DNA from: Deltaproteobacteria bacterium | GTDB taxonomy: Bacteria > Desulfobacterota_D > UBA1144 > Nemesobacterales > CSP1-2 | NCBI GenBank assembly: GCA_052390235.1 | Contig: JBQTHB010000005.1 | Coordinates: forward strand, 1 to 64,000 | Direction: 5' to 3' | Length of the DNA stretch: 64,000 bases | Part shown: positions 30,153-39,165 of the stretch, piece after piece | How the letters are laid out: the number at the start of each line of letters is the position of its first letter | Position numbering within the stretch: position 1 is the first letter of the stretch | Translations under genes and position numbers: made by a program | The notes under the pieces: model-generated | Told to the model about the DNA's origin: nothing | Database searches by the model: none | Seen by the model: the letters and a program-made list of their open reading frames with translations, nothing else

Positions 30153-31666
30153 CGTTTTACCTCCTTTTGCCTCTCCGAAGAAGAGGGGATATTGAGCAGT
30201 TTTCTGTACTTCGACACAGTTCTACGGGCGACAACTATGTTTTTTCTCTGGAGTATTTTAGATATATCCTCGTCCGAATAGGGGCTGCTTCCCGGCTCGG
30301 ATGCGACAATATCGTTCATAAGGGCTTTTACCCTCTCAAACGAGATGTCCCCCCCATGGGAGGTTTCAATCTTTCGGGAGAAGAAAATCTTAAGCTCCAC
30401 AACGCCCACGTTGGGGGTGTAAATATATCTTCTGCTCGTAATCCTGCTGACTGTTGATTCATGCACCCCCACGACCGAGGCTACGTCCTTGAGCCTTAGG
30501 GGTTTTATGTAATCTCTCCCGTGGTCGAAAAAATCCCTCTGAACCTCGACAATCTTGGCCATAACCTTTTTTATCGTGGCTTCGCGCTCTTCGAGGCATT
30601 TTACGATTCTCTGGGCGGCTTCCATTTTTTCCCTTACATATTTCCTCACATCCGGGGCGAGGGACTTGCCCTGGGCGACGATGCTCTTGTAGCGATTGCT
30701 CACTTTAACCTGAGGAAACGCGCGGTTTGGCTGAATTTGAAGCTCGTCGCCGACCCTGTATATGTAGAAATCGGGGACTATGTGTCTCTCTGAGTCGTTT
30801 GAGAAAAAAGGTCTTCCGGGCTTAGGCTCGAAAGAGGCTATTACCAGCGCCGCCTGCTCGGCTTCTTCAGGGGAGCATCCGAGGGAGTCGGCTATGAGTT
30901 TATAGTCCCTCGTGCTTATCTGCTGGATATGGCTTTCGATGATGTTCATAAGCACACATCCGTTTCTGTATCCAAGCTCCTCGGCTTGGATTTTGAGGCA
31001 CTCGGTCAAATCCCTAGCGCACACCCCGGGAGGGTCAAAAGAGGACTGAATTTTGCGCAAAACCCTCGTTATCTCAAGAACATAGCTCCCGTCGGATTGA
31101 CAGAGAACCTCCTCGGCGCGCGCTTTTTCCTCCTCGGACAGTTCTGCTGAATCAGAGGAGGGAGCGCCGGCGCGGGCTATAAAGTGAAGGGCGATGTCCT
31201 CGATGCTCCCATCCAGATAGCCGTCGTCGTTTAGGCTTTTTATGATGAGGGCGGCTATTTCCTTATCTTCAGGGGAGAAATCCGAGAGGTTAAGCTGCCA
31301 CTCAAGGTAATCTAAAAAGGATTCGGGCGCGCTAAGCCTGCTCTCCCAGGGAACGCCCTCGTCCGCGCTCTCGATGAAATCCCGAAAATGAGGGACGTCG
31401 GAATCCATGTTTTCGGTGGAATTTCCGCCGCTGCCGGACTTAAAGTCGTGGTCTTCTTTGTAGAGCGAGTAATCGGAGTTGGCAGATGCCGGGGCTTCGG
31501 TTTCTTCTTCGAGTACGGGGTTTTGTTCGAGCTGCTCTTCGAGGTAGTCCTTAAGGTCGAGAGCGGTCATTTGTATGAGCCTGAGGAAAAGCTGCAGGTC
31601 TTGGGTAAGCACGAGCTTCTGATGTTGAACGAGTTGCTGCGAGTTTTTTACGCCGATTGAACTCAT
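30149..31666 (-). CDS. rpoN: RNA polymerase sigma-54 factor
   Basis: Gln-rich region I, NPVLE, FDPPGVCARDL.ECL, HESTVSR, RpoN box ARRTVSKYR. Confidence 0.97.
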   Translation of the reverse strand: MSSIGVKNSQQLVQHQKLVLTQDLQLFLRLIQMTALDLKDYLEEQLEQNPVLEEETEAPASANSDYSLYKEDHDFKSGSGGNSTENMDSDVPHFRDFIESADEGVPWESRLSAPESFLDYLEWQLNLSDFSPEDKEIAALIIKSLNDDGYLDGSIEDIALHFIARAGAPSSDSAELSEEEKARAEEVLCQSDGSYVLEITRVLRKIQSSFDPPGVCARDLTECLKIQAEELGYRNGCVLMNIIESHIQQISTRDYKLIADSLGCSPEEAEQAALVIASFEPKPGRPFFSNDSERHIVPDFYIYRVGDELQIQPNRAFPQVKVSNRYKSIVAQGKSLAPDVRKYVREKMEAAQRIVKCLEEREATIKKVMAKIVEVQRDFFDHGRDYIKPLRLKDVASVVGVHESTVSRITSRRYIYTPNVGVVELKIFFSRKIETSHGGDISFERVKALMNDIVASEPGSSPYSDEDISKILQRKNIVVARRTVSKYRKLLNIPSSSERQKEVKR

Positions 31667-31888
31667 GCCGAGCGTTCCTCAAGTTATGCAATCACCCTAG
31701 GGGAATATAGTAGAATCTTAAACCCTAATCTCCCAAAATTCCAGTGGTTTTATAATCAAAACCGAAGGGCTTAAGTTGCCGCGGTTAAACAATACCAGTA
31801 TATAATTTTGGTGTAAAGAATTCGGAATTTAGGCAGGAAGCAGGAATTTTCTCTGCCGCAAAAATCACTAGAGGGAGGAGGGTTAGAA

Positions 31889-32104
31889 ATGCCGCCCCTT
31901 GGGAAATTGTTGATAATCGCAGGAGCCGCGCTTATCGCCGCGGGGCTGTTGGTAGCGCTCGCCCCGAAGATTCCATACCTCGGGAAACTCCCCGGAGACA
32001 TTTTCATTAGGAAAGAGGGCTTCAGCCTCTATTTCCCCATAGCCTCGTCAATTGCTCTGAGCGCACTTATCACACTAATTCTCAATATCGCGCTGAGAAA
32101 ATAG
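31889..32104 (+). CDS. DUF2905 family membrane protein
   Basis: LGKLPGDI......F..YFPI.SSI. Confidence 0.88.
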   Translation: MPPLGKLLIIAGAALIAAGLLVALAPKIPYLGKLPGDIFIRKEGFSLYFPIASSIALSALITLILNIALRK

Positions 32105-32185
32105 CCGAATAAATTTCCCTACCGCCCGCCTTCGCCATTTTGTATAATTAAGGCAGGCTCAAAATCTCAACCGAGGTGTAAATTA

Positions 32186-32668
32186 ATGAACCCCCCCCGC
32201 GTGCCTCAAATTATCCTCGCCGCCCTTCTCGTCATCGCCGGAGTGGTTTCCATAGCCGCCGCCGATGAACCGCAGAAGCCGCAGGCGAAGCCCCTCATCA
32301 CGGTCTATAAAAGCCCCAAGTGCGGTTGCTGCTCCAAGTGGGTCGAGTATATGCGCAAAAATGGATTCGAGGTCGTCGCCAACAACACCTCCGAAATGGC
32401 TCAAATCAAAGCCAAATACGGAGTGCCAAGCGGGTTTGGCTCCTGCCACACGTCTCTGGTTGACGGCTATGTGGTCGAGGGACACGTTCCCGTTCACGTT
32501 GTCGAGAGACTCCTCAAAGAGCGCCCCAAGGTAGCCGGCATCACCGTGCCTGATATGCCCATGGGCTCTCCCGGCATGGAAGGAGAATACAACGAGTCCT
32601 ACGAAGTGTTCACCTTCGATGCAAGTGGCAAAAGAGAGGTCTATGAAATCATCAAAGGGGTAAATTAG
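32186..32668 (+). CDS. DUF411/CopG-like periplasmic metal-binding protein
   Basis: Signal peptide; YKSP.CGCC..W, SCHT, EGHVP, MPMGSPGM. Confidence 0.9.
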   Translation: MNPPRVPQIILAALLVIAGVVSIAAADEPQKPQAKPLITVYKSPKCGCCSKWVEYMRKNGFEVVANNTSEMAQIKAKYGVPSGFGSCHTSLVDGYVVEGHVPVHVVERLLKERPKVAGITVPDMPMGSPGMEGEYNESYEVFTFDASGKREVYEIIKGVN

Positions 32669-32783
32669 CCCAGATACGGGCGCAAAACCCGCCTCTGGCG
32701 AGATTTTATCAAGAAGCGCTTCAATTTATAGCGCGAAGTTTCTATTATGATTGACGATTCACGAAACTAGCCTCGTAATGAGT

Positions 32784-33890
32784 CTAAGCGCGGCGCTGAA
32801 ATATCTTTCCCGGCAGCTGAGAGATTGACCCTGCTAATTCCAGAGAGAGCAGAGCCGAGAGTGCCCTTCCCGAATCCATGCCCGTAGCCTGGAGGATTTG
32901 GTCAATGTGCGCCGCGCCGTCCCCAAGGGCGAGATAGATTGCCCTCTCCTCCTGCGAGAGATTATCGGGGTCGGGAGATTCGGCCTTTTGGCCGCCGCTC
33001 CCTCTGGAGAATTTCCCCAGAGATGAAATCTCGCTTAATATGTCCTCAGCCGACTCCACGAGCTTTGCCCCCTGCTTTATCAGCTTATTCGTCCCCGCGC
33101 TCTGCTTATTGCCCACGTTTCCCGGCACGGCGAACACGTCCCTGCCCTGCTCAAGAGCAAACGATGCCGTGATGAGAGAACCGCTTTTCTCGGACGCCTG
33201 AACCACCAGCACCGCCAGCGAAAGCCCGCTTATTATCCGGTTTCTCCGCGGGAAATTCACCGCATCGGGAAGCGCGCCCATTGGGAATTCAGATATGACC
33301 GCTCCTCGGCGGGAGATCTGCTCGTAGAGCTTTTTATTCTCCGGCGGATATATCACATCGAGCCCTGAGCCCAGAACCGCGATGGTTCTCGCTCCCTTTT
33401 TCAGCGCCGCCGCATGGGCGATTGAATCCGTGCCGCGAGCCATTCCACTCACTAACACGACGTTCATCCCAGCGAGCTCTTCGGAGAGCTTCTCGGCGAC
33501 CATTCTGCCGTAGCGGTCGGGGACTCTCGTGCCAACGACGGCAACCGCCGCCTCGTCTTCGGGGGCAAGTTCGCCGATGACGTAGAGAAAAGGCGGGGGA
33601 TTATAGACATTGGACAGATTTTTAGGATAGTCGGGGTCTGATAGCAAGACGAGCCGGAAGCCAGATTTTTTGATTTTCGAGATTTCACTCCCGACCCTAT
33701 CCCAGTTGGAGAAGCCCTTTATAGCCTCAGCCGTTTTCTCGCCTATGCCCTCCACGCCCTGAAGCTCGCGCAAACCCGCCTCAAGGGCGTTTTTCGGGGT
33801 TTTAAATCTGGCAAGGAGATTTCGGAACAAAACCTCGCCTACGCCGCTAATCATCCTCAGGGCTATCCAATATTTCCATTCCTCCGCCAT
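32784..33890 (-). CDS. dprA: DNA-processing protein DprA
   Basis: VAVVGTR, SGMARG.D..AH, FPRRNRIISGLS, SGSLITA. Confidence 0.96.
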   Translation of the reverse strand: MAEEWKYWIALRMISGVGEVLFRNLLARFKTPKNALEAGLRELQGVEGIGEKTAEAIKGFSNWDRVGSEISKIKKSGFRLVLLSDPDYPKNLSNVYNPPPFLYVIGELAPEDEAAVAVVGTRVPDRYGRMVAEKLSEELAGMNVVLVSGMARGTDSIAHAAALKKGARTIAVLGSGLDVIYPPENKKLYEQISRRGAVISEFPMGALPDAVNFPRRNRIISGLSLAVLVVQASEKSGSLITASFALEQGRDVFAVPGNVGNKQSAGTNKLIKQGAKLVESAEDILSEISSLGKFSRGSGGQKAESPDPDNLSQEERAIYLALGDGAAHIDQILQATGMDSGRALSALLSLELAGSISQLPGKIFQRRA

Positions 33891-34035
33891 CGGGTAGAGA
33901 TTATCACACCGAGCCGATATTTACAGCCGAGGCAGCCGCCCCCGCGCTAGGCTGAACCTTCCGAAGGGAAATCTTGCTCTAAATACCTGAAGCGTGTAAA
34001 ATCCCACTAAATTAACGCAGTCTAAGGAGGAGCAG

Positions 34036-34884
34036 ATGGCACAATACGCGCATCCAGAGATTTTAGTCAGCACACAGTGGGTAGCCGACCATGCGGGCGA
34101 TGCCGGGGTAAAGGTACTCGAATCGGACGAAGATATAATCCTCTACGACATCGGACACGTCGCCGGCTCGATAAAAATTGACTGGCAGACCGAGCTTCAG
34201 GACTCGCTGATAAGGGACTACATAAACAGAGAGAAATTTGAAAAACTGCTCTCCGATAAAGGCATCTCAAACGAGGACGCCGTTGTTTTCTACGGGGATA
34301 AAAGCAACTGGTGGGCGTGCTACGCCTTTTGGACGTTTAAGCTCTACGGGCATGAAAAATGCCTCATCATGAACGGCGGACGCCACAAGTGGATTGAGGA
34401 AAAACGCCCACTCACCAGAGAAATCCCTTCATATCCGAAGACAAGCTACAGGGTATCGCGCATTGACGAGTCCATCCGCGCCTACAGGGATGACGTGCTG
34501 GCGCATATCCAATCCGGCGGACGGCTGATTGATGTGCGCTCCAACAAGGAATACACCGGAGAACTCCTGCACATGGAGGCGTATCCTCAGGAAGGGGCGC
34601 TCAGGGGCGGACACATTCCGGGGGCGAAGAACGTGCCTTGGGCGTGGGCGGCAAAAGAGGACGGCACGTTTAAATCCGCCGAGGAGCTACGCGCTATCTA
34701 CGAGGGCGAGCAGGGCGGGCTTAACCCCTCGGATGACGTCGTTGCTTACTGCCGCATCGGCGAGAGGTCTTCGCACACGTGGTTTGTTCTCACCTATCTG
34801 CTGGGCTACGACAAGGTAAGAAACTACGACGGCTCTTGGACGGAATGGGGGAATTTGGTCAAAGCCCCGATCGAAAAGCCGTAA
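34036..34884 (+). CDS. Tandem-domain rhodanese sulfurtransferase (SseA/CysA/TtuD-like)
   Basis: LVSTQWV, GHIPGA, active loop [18 protein letters not shown]. Confidence 0.93.
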   Translation: MAQYAHPEILVSTQWVADHAGDAGVKVLESDEDIILYDIGHVAGSIKIDWQTELQDSLIRDYINREKFEKLLSDKGISNEDAVVFYGDKSNWWACYAFWTFKLYGHEKCLIMNGGRHKWIEEKRPLTREIPSYPKTSYRVSRIDESIRAYRDDVLAHIQSGGRLIDVRSNKEYTGELLHMEAYPQEGALRGGHIPGAKNVPWAWAAKEDGTFKSAEELRAIYEGEQGGLNPSDDVVAYCRIGERSSHTWFVLTYLLGYDKVRNYDGSWTEWGNLVKAPIEKP

Positions 34885-34922
34885 AGAGTCTCCGGGCAGT
34901 GGGGGGGATGGGAAATCGAGCT

Positions 34923-35327
34923 ATGGGCATGGATCGCGAAGAGCTAATGACGATAATCATGGATCACTACGAGAGCCCTCGCAACTACGGGGCGCTCGAA
35001 GATGCCGATGTAGCTCAAAAAGGGGGAAATCCGGGTTGCGGGGACATCATAACGATATACCTAAGGGTTGACTCCGAGGGGAAAATCACGGCGGCAAACT
35101 TCGACGGGCAGGGCTGTATCGTGAGCCAAGCGGCAACTTCGATGATTACCGAACTCATCACGGGAAAAACCATCGCCGAAGTGGAGGAGATGACTCCCGA
35201 TGTGATAACCGAGCTTCTCGGCAAGGAGCTTCCGCTGAGCCGCCCAAGGTGCGCATCGCTCGGACTCGGCACGGCAAAGCTCGCCGCGAGGGAATTGAGA
35301 AGAAAACAGATGATAAACGGGAGCTGA
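34923..35327 (+). CDS. SufU/IscU-like scaffold or sulfur-transfer protein
   Basis: DHY..PRN.G, NPGCGD, G.GCIVSQA, R..CA (three conserved Cys). Start uncertain (34908, 34923 or 34929). Confidence 0.88.
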   Translation: MGMDREELMTIIMDHYESPRNYGALEDADVAQKGGNPGCGDIITIYLRVDSEGKITAANFDGQGCIVSQAATSMITELITGKTIAEVEEMTPDVITELLGKELPLSRPRCASLGLGTAKLAARELRRKQMINGS

Positions 35328-35403
35328 TGCGCTTTTTTATCCCCTGCCGCTATTGTCAAACGAATCCCGCAGCGGCACGCTCTCCACTCGCCGCGCTGCG
35401 AGG

Positions 35404-35682
35404 CTAATTTACCGAAATTAGATTCTTAATCCGCTCGAATTTTTTATCGCCTATGCCTTTTACGTTTTTTATCTCTTCGACGGTCTTAAATCCCCCGTTT
35501 ACGCGCCTGTATTCGATTATTTTCTCGGCGGTTTTCTCGCCGACATAGGGCAGGGAGTCGAGCTGCGCGGCTGAGGCGGTGTTTATGTTGATTTTCCCGA
35601 CCGCGCGAGGCTCATCTGCCAAGGCTTGGGCAAATAGGACACAAAGCGCCGGAACTATTAAGAATCGCGCCCATCTGTTCAT
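35404..35682 (-). CDS. comEA: ComEA-family helix-hairpin-helix DNA-binding protein
   Basis: Signal peptide; ININTAS..QL..LP.VG...A..II.YR, VKGIG.K. Confidence 0.92.
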   Translation of the reverse strand: MNRWARFLIVPALCVLFAQALADEPRAVGKININTASAAQLDSLPYVGEKTAEKIIEYRRVNGGFKTVEEIKNVKGIGDKKFERIKNLISVN

Positions 35683-35828
35683 CTTTCACCTCTCTGATCT
35701 CAAAAAGCGCTTCGGGCAGGAGTCAGCAAAAAATAGCAGGAGGAGTCGGCGTGTCTAATGATTATCTATAACGCCGATTCAGCCGGAATTCAATACCGCA
35801 GCAGAGGCGGGCGAGGCATCGCAGAATT

Positions 35829-36623
35829 TCAGATTTCCTGAAGCAATCCCCTGAGGTCGGGCAGTATATAATCGGGCTTGATGTCGGAATTGGATGCGTC
35901 CGCCTCGGTTGTCGAGCCTGAGAGGACGAGAATAGTCTTGAATCCGGCGCGGATGCCGCCTAGGATGTCGGTGTCGAGCCGGTCTCCGATGACGGCGACT
36001 CTCCCGCCGGCGGGGAGAAGATTCGATGCAATTTTAAACATCAGTGGCTCAGGCTTTCCTACGGCGACGGCTCTTTTCGATGAGGCAACCTCGATGGAGG
36101 CTAAAATTGCCCCAGTAGCCGGCACAACCCCCTCAGGCGTGGGAAAAGCGGGGTCGCGGTTGGTGGCGAAAAAATACGCCCCGCTTCTCAGGGCGAGGGT
36201 TGCGGTTTTCATCTCTGCGTAGTTAAATCCGGTGTGTCCGCCGACAATGACAAAATCTGCGCGTCTAGCCTCTTGTCCGTCGCAGAGGGTGAATCCCGCG
36301 GCGGCAATTTCCCTTTTGAGGGAGGACGTTCCGACGACGTAGGCTGTTTTTCCGTCTAACGGGTAATTTTCTTTGATGTGGATGGCAGTCGCCACGGCGG
36401 ACGTGATTACGTCGCGGGGGGCGGCGGCTATTCCCATGGACGCCAATTTCTCGGCGTAACCCGAGGCGGATGCTCTGGGGTCATTCGTGATAAAAATCAA
36501 ACCCTTTCCCGCCCGCCGGAGAGCGCCGAGGGTCTGCGCGGCGCCCGAGGTTAGGGTATCGCCCACATAGACGACGCCGTCGAGGTCAAGCAGAAAATTA
36601 TCAAATAAATCAGATAGTCTCAT
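35829..36623 (-). CDS. HAD-IIA hydrolase (NagD-like)
   Basis: DLDGVVY, TN, GKPEP, GDRLDTDI. Confidence 0.92.
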   Translation of the reverse strand: MRLSDLFDNFLLDLDGVVYVGDTLTSGAAQTLGALRRAGKGLIFITNDPRASASGYAEKLASMGIAAAPRDVITSAVATAIHIKENYPLDGKTAYVVGTSSLKREIAAAGFTLCDGQEARRADFVIVGGHTGFNYAEMKTATLALRSGAYFFATNRDPAFPTPEGVVPATGAILASIEVASSKRAVAVGKPEPLMFKIASNLLPAGGRVAVIGDRLDTDILGGIRAGFKTILVLSGSTTEADASNSDIKPDYILPDLRGLLQEI

Positions 36624-36693
36624 AGGTAAACGCCAAAGCGGGCGAGCAGAAGGGACGGCAAAATGCCTGTAATCACCGCGCGCGCTATTTGGA

Positions 36694-37020
36694 TCAGTCT
36701 CCCCAGATGTGGCGCATAAGCTCTTTTTGCTTATCGTCGCGAACGAAATTGCGCTTAATCAGGATTACCCTCATTTCGTCGTCCTGCGCCATTTCTACGC
36801 CAATGAGACGCAGCACATCCCCAGCCGCTTTTCTATAGCCCTCATAAAAATCCGTGGTCTCGCCTGCCGACTTTACGGTTGCCGAATCGAGATAGAGCGC
36901 TATAGCGACAAATTCCTTTGGTATATCGTCTTCAATCTCAATACTGTAGCCCTGAAGCGTATCCACAAGCAGGTGCTTTTTCCACATATCTAGTATATCG
37001 TCATATTCATCTACTCTCAT
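36694..37020 (-). CDS. Hypothetical protein
   Basis: 108-aa soluble ORF with GAGGA SD; no recognised family. Confidence 0.65.
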   Translation of the reverse strand: MRVDEYDDILDMWKKHLLVDTLQGYSIEIEDDIPKEFVAIALYLDSATVKSAGETTDFYEGYRKAAGDVLRLIGVEMAQDDEMRVILIKRNFVRDDKQKELMRHIWGD

Positions 37021-37140
37021 CTCTGTTTATTCCTCGCCGGCTAGTGTTATAGGTTTTACTACGGAGCAGTAATTATACCGAATTGAAATAATTTTAAAAA
37101 CTCCGCTTTAGATACTCCAATTTATGGAAGAAATTGTTTA

Positions 37141-37170
37141 TTGACACTATTTACCAGTTTATGATATGTT
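37141..37170 (+). promoter_or_regulatory. Sigma70-type promoter of the plus-strand cytochrome arm
   Basis: TTGACA-N18-TATGTT with extended -10 TGn, in an AT-rich divergent intergenic region. Confidence 0.55.
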
Positions 37171-37203
37171 TTAATTTGCAATCGCCAACTGGAGACCTGT
37201 TCC

Positions 37204-39042
37204 ATGGTAATAATAAATCGCCGCAGAAACTTCAGGTGCTGTTCACTTGTTTTCATCTTTTCAATTCTCATAGGATTATACGGCTGTAGCGCTCAGGACA
37301 CAGAGGGGGGGTTAGGGCCCAACCCCGGCGACCCCTCGTTTGACACGGAAGACCCGCTCACCTCCGCCGACGTGCGTCTCATCATTCAGCGAGCCGCAAC
37401 AGAAGCGGTGAGGCTCAACACCCCAGTAACGATAACAGTGGTTGACAGGGGCGGAAACGTCCTTGGAGCTTTCCGAATGAACGGCGCTCCTGAGACGACG
37501 CTTATAGGCTCGCAAGACCCTGACAGAATCCAAGCCGCTCCTTTTGCCGATAGAGGGCTTGAGCTGTTCAGAGTCCGCTCGGATTTGGCGGCGATTTCTA
37601 AAGCGGGGGCGGCGGCGTTTTTATCCACCTCAGGCAACGCATTTACGCCCCTTACTGCAAGCGATATTATTCAGGAACACAGACCGGTGGGGATAAATTT
37701 CACCGCGAGCGGCCCCCTGTTCGGAGTCCAGTTCTCAAGCCTCCCCTGCACGGACATTAAGAATAACCCCCCCCTGCCGCTTGGACTTGCTGGAGACCCC
37801 GGCGGGATTCCGCTCTATAAAAACGGCGATTTAGCGGGCGCAATAGGGGTTGAAGGCGCTCTTGAAGCCGTAGTGATAGGCGGAGTCGAGATGCAGACAG
37901 CCCGCTACACGATTGACACCAACCCGAACGGCGAAGGCGCTCCGGCGGAGGAATTAATTGCGGTTGCCGGCTCATTTGGCTTTGAAGCCCCAGATATTAT
38001 TCGAGCCGACAGGATTCTGCTCGATGGTCTCACCCTTCCATATACAAAATCCTCAGGAAATCCAAGCGCGCCCGAAAGTTTAATACCGTTTTTCTCCCTT
38101 CCCGGAAGCGTAGTTGATATTCGCATTACGGGCCTAGGCGGCGTTCCCGACACAGTATTTTTCGACGGCGCCATCCGAAACACCCCCGACCCCAACTACG
38201 GATTCAGAAGCGCTACCATAGGAGGCATACCGGGGAGAATCGCCGTTGACGCCGCCGGAAACAACCGTTTCCCGTTCAGGGCAAGCGCCTCAGGCGGGCT
38301 TTCGGCTAGAGAAGTGCAGACGATACTTGAAAATGCAATAGCGCGGGCATTTAGCCTCCGCGCCGCCATCAGGCAACCGTCGGGGAACTTTGTCGAGGTC
38401 AATGTTTTCGTGGTTGATGAAAATGGAGCGGCGCTTGGGTACTTCGGCACGCCGGACGCCCCGTTCTTTGGCTTCGATGTTTCGATGCAAAAAGCGCGCC
38501 TTGCCGCCTTTGCCAGCAACTCCCGCGCCGCTTCGGAACTCAGAAGGGTGGGTCTGGGAAATTTCGTTGACTCAGGCATTGCCGACGGCATCTTTCTCGA
38601 CGGCTCGATAGCCTTTAGCAACCGCGCATTCGGATTCCTGAACCGACCCTTTTTCCCGGACGATATTGACGGCACAGAAGCGGGTCCCTATTCGAGAGAT
38701 ATATCAATTTGGAGTCCGTTTAATGTGGGACTGCAGCTGAGCCTCGTCGCCGGAAGCGTGCTTCGCGTCCTTTCCGGGCAGGAGGCTCTGGGGCGGGGAT
38801 GCGCCGGAATTGCGGGACTTGAAAGCGGGATACAGATATTTGCCGGAAGCGTGCCGCTCTATAAAAACGGGAGGCTCGTCGGGGCGGTAGGCGTAAGCGG
38901 AGATGGAATTGACCAAGACGATTTTGTCGCGTTCTCAGGAAGCGAAGGATTTGAAGCGCCCGAAGAGATTCGCTCGGACTCGGCGTTTGTCCGTCAGGTG
39001 AGACTACCTTTCGTCAGGCTTCCGAGAAATCCGTTTAGATAG
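37204..39042 (+). CDS. Lipoprotein with two GlcG/HbpS-type heme-binding domains
   Basis: Lipobox LYGC. Two copies of VVD..G..L...K(A)...G.(I/V)PLYKNG.L.GA(I/V)GV.G (GGIPLYKNGDLAGAIGVEG; GSVPLYKNGRLVGAVGVSG). Confidence 0.85.
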   Translation: MVIINRRRNFRCCSLVFIFSILIGLYGCSAQDTEGGLGPNPGDPSFDTEDPLTSADVRLIIQRAATEAVRLNTPVTITVVDRGGNVLGAFRMNGAPETTLIGSQDPDRIQAAPFADRGLELFRVRSDLAAISKAGAAAFLSTSGNAFTPLTASDIIQEHRPVGINFTASGPLFGVQFSSLPCTDIKNNPPLPLGLAGDPGGIPLYKNGDLAGAIGVEGALEAVVIGGVEMQTARYTIDTNPNGEGAPAEELIAVAGSFGFEAPDIIRADRILLDGLTLPYTKSSGNPSAPESLIPFFSLPGSVVDIRITGLGGVPDTVFFDGAIRNTPDPNYGFRSATIGGIPGRIAVDAAGNNRFPFRASASGGLSAREVQTILENAIARAFSLRAAIRQPSGNFVEVNVFVVDENGAALGYFGTPDAPFFGFDVSMQKARLAAFASNSRAASELRRVGLGNFVDSGIADGIFLDGSIAFSNRAFGFLNRPFFPDDIDGTEAGPYSRDISIWSPFNVGLQLSLVAGSVLRVLSGQEALGRGCAGIAGLESGIQIFAGSVPLYKNGRLVGAVGVSGDGIDQDDFVAFSGSEGFEAPEEIRSDSAFVRQVRLPFVRLPRNPFR

Positions 39043-39165
39043 CGCCGCAGCTTCCGGCTTGACGCTAGCGCTAGCGCCCGGCAGATAATTGATTCAAAAT
39101 TTATTGCAGTCCCAGCTTTAAGTCAGCGGTTAGGCGTTATATCTCCAGAACACTTTGGGGTTGAA

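Noticed and set aside
39063..39076. 14-bp perfect palindrome CGCTAGCGCTAGCG between the first two genes of the cytochrome arm
   Set aside because: Short, internally repetitive, no T-tract and no second copy; no function can be supported.
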